From an uncultured virus (IMG/VR IMGVR_UViG_3300045210_000027) (Duplodnaviria > Heunggongvirae > Uroviricota > Caudoviricetes), in the IMG/VR virus record IMGVR_UViG_3300045210_000027: a stretch of DNA of 64,000 nucleotides, one strand, 5' to 3'. Below are positions 47,673 to 56,332 of the stretch, piece after piece. The notes under the pieces were generated by a model, which had not been told where the DNA came from, ran no database searches, and worked only from the letters and a program-made list of their open reading frames with translations. The position numbers were made by a program, and so were the translations under genes. The first letter of the stretch is position 1. Each line of letters starts with the position of its first letter.

Positions 47673-47765
47673 GGGGTTCTCCTCGATGTCACGGGTGCGG
47701 GCATGGGTGAGGCCCCCAGTCCTGGTGTGGCTTGGGGGCCTGCTGGTGTCACGGGGTGGTGGGGG

Positions 47766-47805
47766 TCCCGGCCTGCCCGCCCCGTGACATGCGGGCAGGC
47801 CGGGA
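47766..47805 (-). terminator. Hairpin after major tail gene B
   Basis: 15-bp perfect stem. Confidence 0.65.
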
Positions 47806-47817
47806 GAACAGGGGCGG

Positions 47818-48330
47818 CTACTCGCCGGCGACGACGGTGCCGCGGGGGACGACGCCGCCGGTGACACCCATCGGCTGCACGAACTTGATGTAGCCGGACA
47901 GCTCGGTGGGCTGCTGCGGGTCGTCCGTGATGATCGGGTACATGCTGTACGGGTCGCCGGCCTCCCACGGCTTGGAGGCGGGCGGGCCGATGCGCTCCAC
48001 CAGGTACAGGTGGAGGCCCTTGCCGGTGAACAGGTTGTAGCCGATGTCCTGCTCCTCATCGCTGAGGCCGGACTCGTCGAGGTACCGGAACACCGAGAAC
48101 GTGGCCTCGTAGTTCGACGCCCCGTAGGTGGTGGAGTTCCCGGAGTCCTCCAGGCCCGGCTCGTTGAGCGTGTCGGAGCCGGTGGGGGACAGCCGGTAGC
48201 CGGAGCGGAGGATCGACTTGGAGATCCGCTGGCCTGCGGACAGCTCGGCGACCGTGAGGGCGTCCGGGTCTGCCGGGGCGACCGCGAGGGCCTCCAGCCG
48301 GATGCGGCCCTCGAAAAGGGACTTGGCCAT
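47818..48330 (-). CDS. Major tail protein
   Basis: T.AEL.AG..IS..., G.SNYE, LVER.G motifs; synteny. Confidence 0.8.
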   Translation of the reverse strand: MAKSLFEGRIRLEALAVAPADPDALTVAELSAGQRISKSILRSGYRLSPTGSDTLNEPGLEDSGNSTTYGASNYEATFSVFRYLDESGLSDEEQDIGYNLFTGKGLHLYLVERIGPPASKPWEAGDPYSMYPIITDDPQQPTELSGYIKFVQPMGVTGGVVPRGTVVAGE

Positions 48331-48331
48331 G

Positions 48332-48514
48332 TCAGGCCTCCTTGCTGCCCGCGGCGCGAGCGGTCGTGGCGGCCGGGGCCGCGGGCTTGCCCGCACCCTT
48401 CGGCTCCTTGTCGGTCAGGTTCGGGAACAGGTCGTGGTCGAACCACTCCTGCGGCACGTTGTGGGGAAGCTTCTCCCCGGTGCGGGCATCCCATGCGGGC
48501 ACACGCTTGGCCAT
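48332..48514 (-). CDS. Hypothetical protein
   Basis: AAGGAGG RBS. Confidence 0.65.
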   Translation of the reverse strand: MAKRVPAWDARTGEKLPHNVPQEWFDHDLFPNLTDKEPKGAGKPAAPAATTARAAGSKEA

Positions 48515-48525
48515 GGCGGCCTCCT

Positions 48526-48948
48526 TTATCCGGTGGTGGTGAGGTAGGTGAGTTGGACGTAGTGGCGGGCGGGGTTGACGCCCCGGTCCTTGAGGACCGG
48601 GAGATTGGTGATGGTGGGGTCCTCCTCCAGGGGCGCCGCCCACGGAGTGAGTACCGTGCCGTCGAGCGCAGACCGGACGAGGGAGACGGTGTCGAGCGTC
48701 CACATCACGTCCCCGGAGGCGACCGTGAGCACGGCCTGCCAGGTGAGGTCCCCGCTGGTGGCCGACTCCAGTTCCCTGGACGCGGCCGGGCGGATACCGG
48801 GGTCGGCCCAGAGCACGACGTAGGGGTACACGCGGCCGTCCGCCGTGGCCGGCGGGTGGTCGGGGACCTCGTTGTCGTAGACGGTGATGGTGGTGATCCG
48901 GCGGAGCGCGGTGAGGACGCCCGCGTGGAGGGTGCCGACGCCGGTCAC
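48526..48948 (-). CDS. Tail terminator
   Basis: VYD..VP...PYVVL; synteny. Confidence 0.7.
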   Translation of the reverse strand: MTGVGTLHAGVLTALRRITTITVYDNEVPDHPPATADGRVYPYVVLWADPGIRPAASRELESATSGDLTWQAVLTVASGDVMWTLDTVSLVRSALDGTVLTPWAAPLEEDPTITNLPVLKDRGVNPARHYVQLTYLTTTG

Positions 48949-49283
48949 GTGAACGGCCCCTGGGCAACCTGCTGGAACGCCTTCTCGACGGACGGCAGGA
49001 CGTCAGCGAGGGCGGGTGCCATGAACGGCTGCGCCCTCATCCTGCTGGTGCCCATCTCCACGAACACGCCGTAGTTCGCGGTCGGCCCGATCTCGGCGGT
49101 CAGGCCCTGCACGTTCCGGCCGATCGAGGAGCGCAGGAAGCCGGTGTCGACCGGGGAGTGGCGCTTGCCTGCCGCCTCGACGTCCGCGGCGCCCTTCGCG
49201 ATGACCGTCTCCGCGGCCGAGGTGATGTCAGCTGCGGAGAGCTTCCCGCCCAGGTTGTGCAGATCGCTGGCGTCCCAGTTCAT
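48945..49283 (-). CDS. HK97 gp10-family neck protein
   Basis: PVDTG.LRSSI...Y..FVE.GTSRM.AQPF..PA. Confidence 0.9.
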   Translation of the reverse strand: MNWDASDLHNLGGKLSAADITSAAETVIAKGAADVEAAGKRHSPVDTGFLRSSIGRNVQGLTAEIGPTANYGVFVEMGTSRMRAQPFMAPALADVLPSVEKAFQQVAQGPFT

Positions 49284-49720
49284 GGGGCACCACCGGGCTG
49301 GCTCTGCAGGTTCAGGTCCGCGTACACGACCCGCTCGAACCGGCGGGAGGAGTAGTCCAGGCCGGTGACGGTCAGGACCTTCCCCACGAGCGTGGTGTCG
49401 TCGGGGCAGGCGGTGATGGTGATGGCCGCGTCGACCGGCACTTCCGGGGCGTCGGCCTCCAGGCTGATCTGGTAGGCCCGCTGGGTGACGTCCTGCCGTG
49501 CCGCGTCCGCGGCCCCGCCTCGGCCGTCCAGTGGCTGCGCCCGGAACGGTCCCTCGTGGAGGAGAGCCCCCGGCGTGGACGGCTGGGCGCCCCCGGTGGG
49601 GGTCCAGCCACCGATACCCGGGTCCCGGATCGTGAGGTGGCCGTTGAGCGCCCCGGCGGCGGCCGGCTGGTGGTGCGGGGACCAGTCCGGGTGGATCGTG
49701 GTCGTGGAGGGGAACGGCAT
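49280..49720 (-). CDS. Head-to-tail stopper-like protein
   Basis: Synteny; D..L.G..LTV motif. Confidence 0.65.
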   Translation of the reverse strand: MPFPSTTTIHPDWSPHHQPAAAGALNGHLTIRDPGIGGWTPTGGAQPSTPGALLHEGPFRAQPLDGRGGAADAARQDVTQRAYQISLEADAPEVPVDAAITITACPDDTTLVGKVLTVTGLDYSSRRFERVVYADLNLQSQPGGAP

Positions 49721-49723
49721 GGC

Positions 49724-50080
49724 CTATCGCCGCCTCGGGTGGAACTCGAGGACCGTGAACAGTCCCTCCCCGTCCGCGTCCTCTGCGGCCTCCTCGTCGT
49801 CGGCGGCACGCTTGCGGTAGGCGGCGGCCAGGGCGCGGAGCTCGGCCGCGACCTTCGCGGCGTCCGTGGACAGGTCCTGGGTGCGGATGACCTTCCCGAC
49901 GAGCACCTCGGACACGGCGATCGCCTCGAGGGCGTCGGCAGCGGCCCGGCGCACGTGCCAGGTCTCCTCGCCGCCGGCCATGCGCAGGAACGCGGCGAGC
50001 TGGTCGTCGGTGAGGATCTGGCGGTCCGGGTCGACGTCGGCGATGAGGAGCCGCACGTCCCCCACACTGGTTTCAGGCAT
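49724..50080 (-). CDS. Head-to-tail adaptor
   Basis: VRLLI.D...L.D..L.AFL. Confidence 0.75.
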   Translation of the reverse strand: MPETSVGDVRLLIADVDPDRQILTDDQLAAFLRMAGGEETWHVRRAAADALEAIAVSEVLVGKVIRTQDLSTDAAKVAAELRALAAAYRKRAADDEEAAEDADGEGLFTVLEFHPRRR

Positions 50081-50116
50081 GATGCGGCTCCTTCACGGGG
50101 TTGACGCGGGGTGGGG

Positions 50117-50158
50117 GTCCGCCCGCCTGCCGGGCAACGGGGCGGCAGGCGGGCGGAC
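50117..50158 (-). terminator. Hairpin after major capsid gene B
   Basis: gtccgcccgcctgccg / cggcaggcgggcggac. Confidence 0.65.
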
Positions 50159-50174
50159 GATCAGCGCGTGCCTG

Positions 50175-51251
50175 CTACGCGTTGCCGGTGGCGACGAACG
50201 TGCCGGTCGGGATCACCAGCGACGAACCCGTCGAGTGCCGCACCCGGTACTGGACGGTGTCGTCGTCGAACGACCCCTCCTCCGGGGCGACGCTGCCGCC
50301 GACGACACGGTTGCCCGCATCGTTCTTCACCCGCAGGTCCGGCTGCTCGTTGCCACGGAGGAACCCGGTCACGTGCGCGGGCCGCGGGCTGTTCGGCGCG
50401 GGGAGCACGAACCAGGTGCGGTTCACACCGGAGAAGCCCGAGGCGACGACCGGGAGCCACGGGTTCACGACCAGGGTCAGCACACCGGAAAGGTGGTTCG
50501 ACTCGGTCGTGGTCGTGTTGCCGTCCGTGCGGCGGATCTCCGTCGCGGTGAGGATCTTCCGGGCCTGCATCTCCAGGGCCGGGGGCACCATGAGGACGCT
50601 GCCGGACACGACGATCGGGCGACCGTCCTTGTCCTTGCGGGTGGAGATCGCCTGCAGGGCGGCCTCCACGTTGTCCGCGGACAGTGCGCCCTCAGCGCCC
50701 GTGACAGGGGCGTTACCGTTCTGGGCGCGGAAGAACGCGGTGTTGAGGCCCGTGTTGCCGGCGTTGAAGAACGCGGACGCGGCAACGATGTCCTCGGTCT
50801 CCCGGGCCGCGGTACCGAGCCGCTCCGGGAGGTTCCGGAACGCGTCGAGCTCGTCGTTGATGAACATCTCCCACGTCAGCGGGATCCGGTCACCGTACTT
50901 CTCGACCTTGAACTCGTACTCGGCCTCGGTCAGACCCCGGGCCGGGTACTCGCTGGCCTCCTTGACCTTCGACAGGCCGGCGCGGCCACCGAGGAGCTCG
51001 ACGAGCTTCTTCGGCTTGAAGTTGGGGACCACGGAGCGGCGGGAGTACTTCTGCCAGACCGGGGCGATGCCCTGGTATTCCTGCAGGAGTTCACGGCCGT
51101 AGGCCGCGCCGAGCAGGATCGGGAAGTCGGCCGTGGTCATGGACTCCATGACGTCGGCGCGGGCCCGGAAGTCACCGTCGAGGGCCTTCTGGAAGGTGGT
51201 GCGGGCCTCCAGGATGCGCTGGTTGCGCTGGAGGACGGGGGTGGTGGTCAT
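50175..51251 (-). CDS. Major capsid protein (Mu gpT-like)
   Basis: KYG....TWE..IND.L..F...P..LG..A; LMVPPALE. Confidence 0.88.
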   Translation of the reverse strand: MTTTPVLQRNQRILEARTTFQKALDGDFRARADVMESMTTADFPILLGAAYGRELLQEYQGIAPVWQKYSRRSVVPNFKPKKLVELLGGRAGLSKVKEASEYPARGLTEAEYEFKVEKYGDRIPLTWEMFINDELDAFRNLPERLGTAARETEDIVAASAFFNAGNTGLNTAFFRAQNGNAPVTGAEGALSADNVEAALQAISTRKDKDGRPIVVSGSVLMVPPALEMQARKILTATEIRRTDGNTTTTESNHLSGVLTLVVNPWLPVVASGFSGVNRTWFVLPAPNSPRPAHVTGFLRGNEQPDLRVKNDAGNRVVGGSVAPEEGSFDDDTVQYRVRHSTGSSLVIPTGTFVATGNA

Positions 51252-51265
51252 GGTGGGGGTCCTCC

Positions 51266-51592
51266 TCAGACCTGTGCGATGCGGACGGGGACCGGCGCGG
51301 CCGCGGCGGTCTTGGTGGCGAGGGCGTAGCCGAACGGCTCGCCGAGCTCGCCGGCTGCGACCACGAGGGTCTTGCCGTCGAGGTAGAGCGGGGAGCCCAC
51401 GTCGGTCACTGCGCCGTCGACCTCGAGGTCGTATGCGCCCTTGAGCCAGACGGTCGCGTTGCCGTCCTCGTCTCGGCTGGTCTGTGCGACACCGTTGAGG
51501 GCTCCGACCCGGACGGGGTCACCGGAGACGGTGCCCGAGGGGACGGGCAGGGTCAGGTGGTCGGCGTCGCGGAAACGCTCGTTGGTTGCCAT
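51266..51592 (-). CDS. Capsid decoration/cement protein
   Basis: V.SGDPV.VG.L.GVA. Confidence 0.75.
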   Translation of the reverse strand: MATNERFRDADHLTLPVPSGTVSGDPVRVGALNGVAQTSRDEDGNATVWLKGAYDLEVDGAVTDVGSPLYLDGKTLVVAAGELGEPFGYALATKTAAAAPVPVRIAQV

Positions 51593-51593
51593 G

Positions 51594-52841
51594 TCAGGCC
51601 TCCTTGATGGTTCGGCCCGTGAGGGCGGCGAGAGCGGCATCCAGGTCGGCCTCCGTGAGGTCCTCACCGCTGCCGTGGGGGTTGGTGTCGCCCAGGCCGC
51701 GGGGGGCGCCCGCGCCGCGGGCCTCCTGGGCCTCGGCCGCGGCCTCAGCCACAGCGGCGGCGAACGCCTCCTGGTCGAGGCGCCCGGACTCACCGGTGGG
51801 CGGGTCGACGAGCAGGCCGCGCCGCTCGAGGGCCGTGAACTGGTGGCCGGACTCGGCGATGATGCGGGCCGCGTGCGCCCGGTCCGCCTCCTGGTGGGCT
51901 TCGCTGACGGACTGGCGGGCGGTGTCCCGCTCGGTGATGAGGGTGTCGCGCTCGGTTTCGAGCACGGGCACCCGGCGGTCAGCCTCTTCGAGCTGAGCCA
52001 GTCGGCTCTCCTCGATCTGGGGCATGGTGTCCTCCTCGGACTCGGTGGTGTGGGGCTGCCCCGCCGGGGTGACGGGGACGAATGTGGTGACGCGGCGGAC
52101 CTGGGTGGGGGTGCCGGTCAGGCTGGTGGCGTTCTCACCGGTGGTGGCGTAGGCCTGCTGCCAGGTGCCCTGGTCGGGTCCGGTGTCGATCTCGAACCAG
52201 ACGGTGGTGTCGTCGTGATCGACGACGTACACGAACAGGTTGTTCCCAGCCCCGTACCTGGCCTTCAGCAGGTCGGCGAGCTCCTCGCGCCGCTGATCGG
52301 CGGTCGCCTCGGTGACGGGCTGGGTTTCGCGGACGATGAGGGGCGAGGTGCGGCGCGCGGACTCGTACACTTCGCGGACGCGGCCGCCCCTACCGGCCTG
52401 GGTCACGAAGTCGACGCTGATGCCCTGGTCGAGGGACTCCACGACGCGGCGCCCGGACTCGTCGGCCTCCCCGAGGGTGGCCTGGGCGCGGATGGAGACG
52501 CCGATGGCGTCGTGCATCTCGGTGAGGACCTGCGTCCAGGGGCTGTACGTCTTGGCTTCGGCGACCAGTGCGGTCCCGTCCCAGCGGGCGTCCTCGGTGA
52601 GCACGCCGGCGACGTCGCGGATGGATCGTTCGGGCCGGTCGTAGTTCTCGGTCTCCCCGGGGTGGTCGCTGAACATGAGCGTGCCCGCCGGGAAGACCTT
52701 GCTTTCGGCTGCGGCCTGCAGGACCTGGGGCGTGTACACGCCGGACGAGCCGACGCCGGGAGTGATGAGCTGGATGAGCATGTTGCCGCCGGCGGCGGGG
52801 CCCGCGAGGGTGGTGCTCTCGCGGATCAGTGTCCCGGTCAT
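51594..52841 (-). CDS. Capsid maturation protease / scaffold fusion
   Basis: G.GSSG.Y, DHP, GVSI, SVDFVT.AGRGG plus coiled C-terminus. Confidence 0.85.
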   Translation of the reverse strand: MTGTLIRESTTLAGPAAGGNMLIQLITPGVGSSGVYTPQVLQAAAESKVFPAGTLMFSDHPGETENYDRPERSIRDVAGVLTEDARWDGTALVAEAKTYSPWTQVLTEMHDAIGVSIRAQATLGEADESGRRVVESLDQGISVDFVTQAGRGGRVREVYESARRTSPLIVRETQPVTEATADQRREELADLLKARYGAGNNLFVYVVDHDDTTVWFEIDTGPDQGTWQQAYATTGENATSLTGTPTQVRRVTTFVPVTPAGQPHTTESEEDTMPQIEESRLAQLEEADRRVPVLETERDTLITERDTARQSVSEAHQEADRAHAARIIAESGHQFTALERRGLLVDPPTGESGRLDQEAFAAAVAEAAAEAQEARGAGAPRGLGDTNPHGSGEDLTEADLDAALAALTGRTIKEA

Positions 52842-52882
52842 GCGCGGCACCTCCTAGGGGTGGTTGGGTGGGGCCTGTGGGT

Positions 52883-53065
52883 ATGGATGACGCGAACGAC
52901 GAGGGCGGGCCGGGGGAGTGCCCGGGGCATGACTTCGTGCTGCGTCGCGTGGAGATCAAGCCGCACGGGGCGGGCATGGAGCATGAGTGCCGGTGGTGTG
53001 GCGCGGTCCTGTACCTGGCGCCGGGCTGGTCGACGCGCGGCGAGTGGGCCCCAGAGCAGACCTGA
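52883..53065 (+). CDS. 60-aa zinc-ribbon protein, antisense to the head operon
   Basis: C..H...C..C pattern. Confidence 0.55.
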   Translation: MDDANDEGGPGECPGHDFVLRRVEIKPHGAGMEHECRWCGAVLYLAPGWSTRGEWAPEQT

Positions 53066-53083
53066 CGCGCGGGGCATGGGTAA

Positions 53084-53165
53084 GGCCCCGGAGCGATGCT
53101 CAACGGGGCCAAGAGCGAAGGCGGCTCAGCTGTGCGAATGAGTGGTGCACTGCCTGCCGCCTTCT
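53084..53165 (-). ncRNA. Candidate ~80-nt two-hairpin small RNA
   Basis: Predicted +1 at ~53165; hairpins at 53117-53164 and 53084-53110. Confidence 0.45.
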
Positions 53166-53167
53166 CC

Positions 53168-54712
53168 TCACACTGTACCGCGGTGGGTCAGCCATGTCAC
53201 GGTCCCGTCTTTCGCGACGTGGATCGCCTCGAGGAACGAACGCTGTCCGATGAGTCGACGCCGAAGCTCGTCGAGAATGTCAGGATCGGCCAGTGGCGTG
53301 CGGGCGGTGTCGAGGATCAGCCGATCGGCCTGGTGTCGTCCTCGAGCGAGCTGCCGTGAGATCGTGTGCCGTCCCGCGCCCTGCGGGCTCTTGATCTCCC
53401 AGGCGAACCCGCCAATGGTGACGTCCGGGTTCCGGGCGCCGCGTGTGAAGTCGAGTGGATTGAACGTGATGTCCAGGCCGACCGCAGCCAGGCGGTTCGC
53501 CGTATCCAGCTCGTGCTGCGCAACGAGCAGCCCGTCTGGTCGGTACACGACGCCCGCCCGCTCGGCACCTGGCATGAGGATGCGCTCTCCGAGCGGTCCG
53601 TCGTCCCCGGCCGGTGCCCCGCGCAGCGGCCCAGTGGGTGGCCGCCCGCCCGAACCCCCACCGGAGCCCCTACCCGGTGCCCTCGCGGGCACGTGGCTGT
53701 CACGCCAACCGTCCGCGGTGCGCCGCTGGGACCACTGCTCGCGGGGCCAGTTCCCTGACCGCCACTGCTCGTAGCCGCGCCCGCCGAGGATCCGCCGCTG
53801 CTGCTCCTCCGACAGCCCCTCAAACCAGGCGTCCGCATCCGACTGCAGGTCCCGTGGCTCGTCGATGCCCTCGAACCCGAGCTCGGCCCACGTCTTCGTC
53901 TTCGGCACCCGCGCACACCGCCCGTTCGGGTGGTCATACGGGCCAGGCTCATCAACCGGGTGCAGGGTGCCGTGCATCGCAATGCAGGACCGGCAGGTGG
54001 AGGGGTCCAGGTGTGCTTCCCACACCCAGCCGGCGAGCGTCGACCTGTTGGCCTGGTCCACGACGTGGGAGGCCTCGCGGGCCGCGTCCAGCATCTCGGT
54101 TCGGGCGATCGTCATCGCCCTGGTCAGGCCACCGTTGAACTGGTCCTCGATGCCGCGGACCATCCTCCTGGCCGCGGTGCGCGGGTTGTCGCCCACCGCG
54201 ATACCGCGGGCCAATTCCCGGCGGATCGCGGCCGTCGCTGCCGGGCTGATCTCCCGGTGCCGGGACGTGATCTGCCCGCTGACGCGCTGCACCATGGCCG
54301 TGACCTGCACGCTGCTGGCAGCGTGCAGAGTCGTACTGAGTACGCCGCCGGCCGCCCGTGGGGGCAGCTGGGCCGTGATCATGGCCTGCTCGGCGGCGAT
54401 CGCCTCATCGACTGCCACCCGCAGGCGGCCCGTAGCGCCGTCCGCCGCCTCCAGGGCGAGCTGGTCGAGCGACCCGGACACGGCCTCGAGGGCGGCCTGC
54501 ATGCGTGCAGACCGGCCGATCATGGAGGGGCTGATCGTGTCCCCGTCCGCGGCCAGCGCGAGTGCGAGCGCGGCGGCGTCGACCTCGGCGGCGACCTGGT
54601 CCCAGGCCAGCACCCACGAGGCCACCAGTGCGCGAGTGTGCGCGTCCTCCACGCCACGCAGGAAGTCGTTCAGGTCCTGCTCGATGTCGAGGACGCCCCG
54701 GCCGATAGCCAC
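53168..54712 (-). CDS. MuF minor head protein with C-terminal CdiA-like PD-(D/E)xK nuclease toxin
   Basis: RA.TIARTE...W.A..D..TC.SC...HG...HPNGRC; Gly linker; HE...NPD....WEIKSP...QA...ILD. Confidence 0.88.
   Translation of the reverse strand: MAIGRGVLDIEQDLNDFLRGVEDAHTRALVASWVLAWDQVAAEVDAAALALALAADGDTISPSMIGRSARMQAALEAVSGSLDQLALEAADGATGRLRVAVDEAIAAEQAMITAQLPPRAAGGVLSTTLHAASSVQVTAMVQRVSGQITSRHREISPAATAAIRRELARGIAVGDNPRTAARRMVRGIEDQFNGGLTRAMTIARTEMLDAAREASHVVDQANRSTLAGWVWEAHLDPSTCRSCIAMHGTLHPVDEPGPYDHPNGRCARVPKTKTWAELGFEGIDEPRDLQSDADAWFEGLSEEQQRRILGGRGYEQWRSGNWPREQWSQRRTADGWRDSHVPARAPGRGSGGGSGGRPPTGPLRGAPAGDDGPLGERILMPGAERAGVVYRPDGLLVAQHELDTANRLAAVGLDITFNPLDFTRGARNPDVTIGGFAWEIKSPQGAGRHTISRQLARGRHQADRLILDTARTPLADPDILDELRRRLIGQRSFLEAIHVAKDGTVTWLTHRGTV
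53172..53200 (-). promoter_or_regulatory. Sigma-A-like promoter inside the 3' end of the MuF-toxin gene
   Basis: GTGACA(53195-53200)-17 nt-TACAGT(53172-53177). Confidence 0.65.
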
Positions 54713-54724
54713 CGTGGCCCCCGC

Positions 54725-56305
54725 CTACTGGTCGGTGTAGGGGGCGCCAGCGGCGCCGCGGCCCTCACGCCACGCCCGGACCGCCTCAGACCCCGCCGTC
54801 GCGGTGGGGTCGATCCAGTTGCCGTCCTCATCGGTCGCGGCCGCGACGATGTCGTCCGCGTCCCGCACGCCGAGCGCCGCGAGCAGCAGCTTCAGGGTCT
54901 GGACGGGCGGCATCTTGCCAGTGCTGTCGGCCTTCGAGATCGCTTCCACGATCGTCTCGGCCGGGGTCTCGTCCAGTCCCGGCCACACGACCTCGATCGT
55001 GTCGTCGTCCCCGTTCGTGTCCCCAGCGAGGGCGAGCGTCTCCGCCCCGGTGAGTGGGTCGCGGCGTACCGACCCCGCCAGGGGGCCCTGGGGTGCGCGG
55101 ACGGCCTGCGTAATCACGTAGCGGGCGATTGCCGTGTAGGCGGCCGTCCACACAGCCTGGCGGGCCTGCATGGCCAGCCGCATCGGAAGGTTCAGGGTCT
55201 CAGCGACCGCCCTGGCCCCTGTCTGGCCGGGGTCGGACATGAGGGTGGTGACCGGTATGTCGAGGGCGGCGGCCACCATGGTGGCCAGGGGCCGGCCGGA
55301 CTCGGAGTCGATGGTGGCGCCCGTCTTCGGGATCGCCTCCAGCGTGACCTCCGGGTCCATGACCGCGGTCGCGCCGGCGTTCGTGTCGTTCCCGGCCGGG
55401 GCCTGGCCGGCGGGCCGGCGGGACAGTGCCTGGCGCAGGCGCCGCGACTTGCTGCCCTTCGTGGTGGCCCGCCACGCGAACTGCGACAGGGACTTCACGA
55501 GGGTCGCCCAGTCGGCCAGGAAGTCCCGGTAGGCGCGCGCCCACGTGAGTGCCGAGTAGGCGTCACCGATGCCGAACTTCCAGCCCGCCAGGCCGCCGAC
55601 CCGCACGTGGTAGACGGGGCTGTCCCAGTTGACGGGGTGGCCGTCGAGGAACTTGATGCGGCGGGCGGGCCGGTACCTGAGCGCCGGGTAGTACTCGGTG
55701 CGGCGCGTGTCGACCAGGCGACCCTGCTCGTTCAGGCCGCGGCTGGACCACTCGCGCTTGTAGAACCAGGGCTCGGACGCGTCCTCGGGGTTCGTGACGA
55801 TGTCCGTGACCTCGTCGAACAGGATGGTGCGCATCTGCACGTACCCCGTGCGGGGGCTGGTGAAGCAGGCGATGAACACGTTGCCGTCCGTGCCGATGGC
55901 CCGCTCCAGGGTCTCCTGGGCCTGGCTGCCGGTCACGGCCGCCTGGTTCCCTTCGTCCTGCCACCAGGCGCGGATGACGGCGTTCACGTCCTGCTGGCCG
56001 TCCTCCTGCCCGTTCGCCCTGGCCGCGATCTCCACGCCCTGCCCGAACACGTAGGCCTGCCTGACGGCCAGGCCCCGCTTGATGAGGGGGTTGGCGATCG
56101 CGAACACGCGGGCGTTGCGGGCGATGGTGGTCAGGCCGGCGCGGGAGAACTCCTCGTCCATGCCGGCGGTGAGGGACCGCCACCCGGCGTCGTCCATCGC
56201 GAGCTCGAGGTCGGCGACGGACTCGCGGAGGATCTCGATCTCGTTGCGGTACTGGTCGGCTTCGGTGGTCGCCTTCCGGCCGGTGAGTGTGTCCCACAGG
56301 GGCAT
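54725..56305 (-). CDS. Portal protein
   Basis: 526 aa after terminase; NPL..R, DGN.F motifs. Confidence 0.85.
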   Translation of the reverse strand: MPLWDTLTGRKATTEADQYRNEIEILRESVADLELAMDDAGWRSLTAGMDEEFSRAGLTTIARNARVFAIANPLIKRGLAVRQAYVFGQGVEIAARANGQEDGQQDVNAVIRAWWQDEGNQAAVTGSQAQETLERAIGTDGNVFIACFTSPRTGYVQMRTILFDEVTDIVTNPEDASEPWFYKREWSSRGLNEQGRLVDTRRTEYYPALRYRPARRIKFLDGHPVNWDSPVYHVRVGGLAGWKFGIGDAYSALTWARAYRDFLADWATLVKSLSQFAWRATTKGSKSRRLRQALSRRPAGQAPAGNDTNAGATAVMDPEVTLEAIPKTGATIDSESGRPLATMVAAALDIPVTTLMSDPGQTGARAVAETLNLPMRLAMQARQAVWTAAYTAIARYVITQAVRAPQGPLAGSVRRDPLTGAETLALAGDTNGDDDTIEVVWPGLDETPAETIVEAISKADSTGKMPPVQTLKLLLAALGVRDADDIVAAATDEDGNWIDPTATAGSEAVRAWREGRGAAGAPYTDQ

Positions 56306-56332
56306 GGTGGTGGGCCCCCTCTCGTGGGTGCG

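Noticed and set aside
52838..53077. Minus-strand ORF as the MuF toxin immunity gene
   Set aside because: Arg/Pro-rich, no RBS, and looks like the shadow of the plus-strand 60-aa gene
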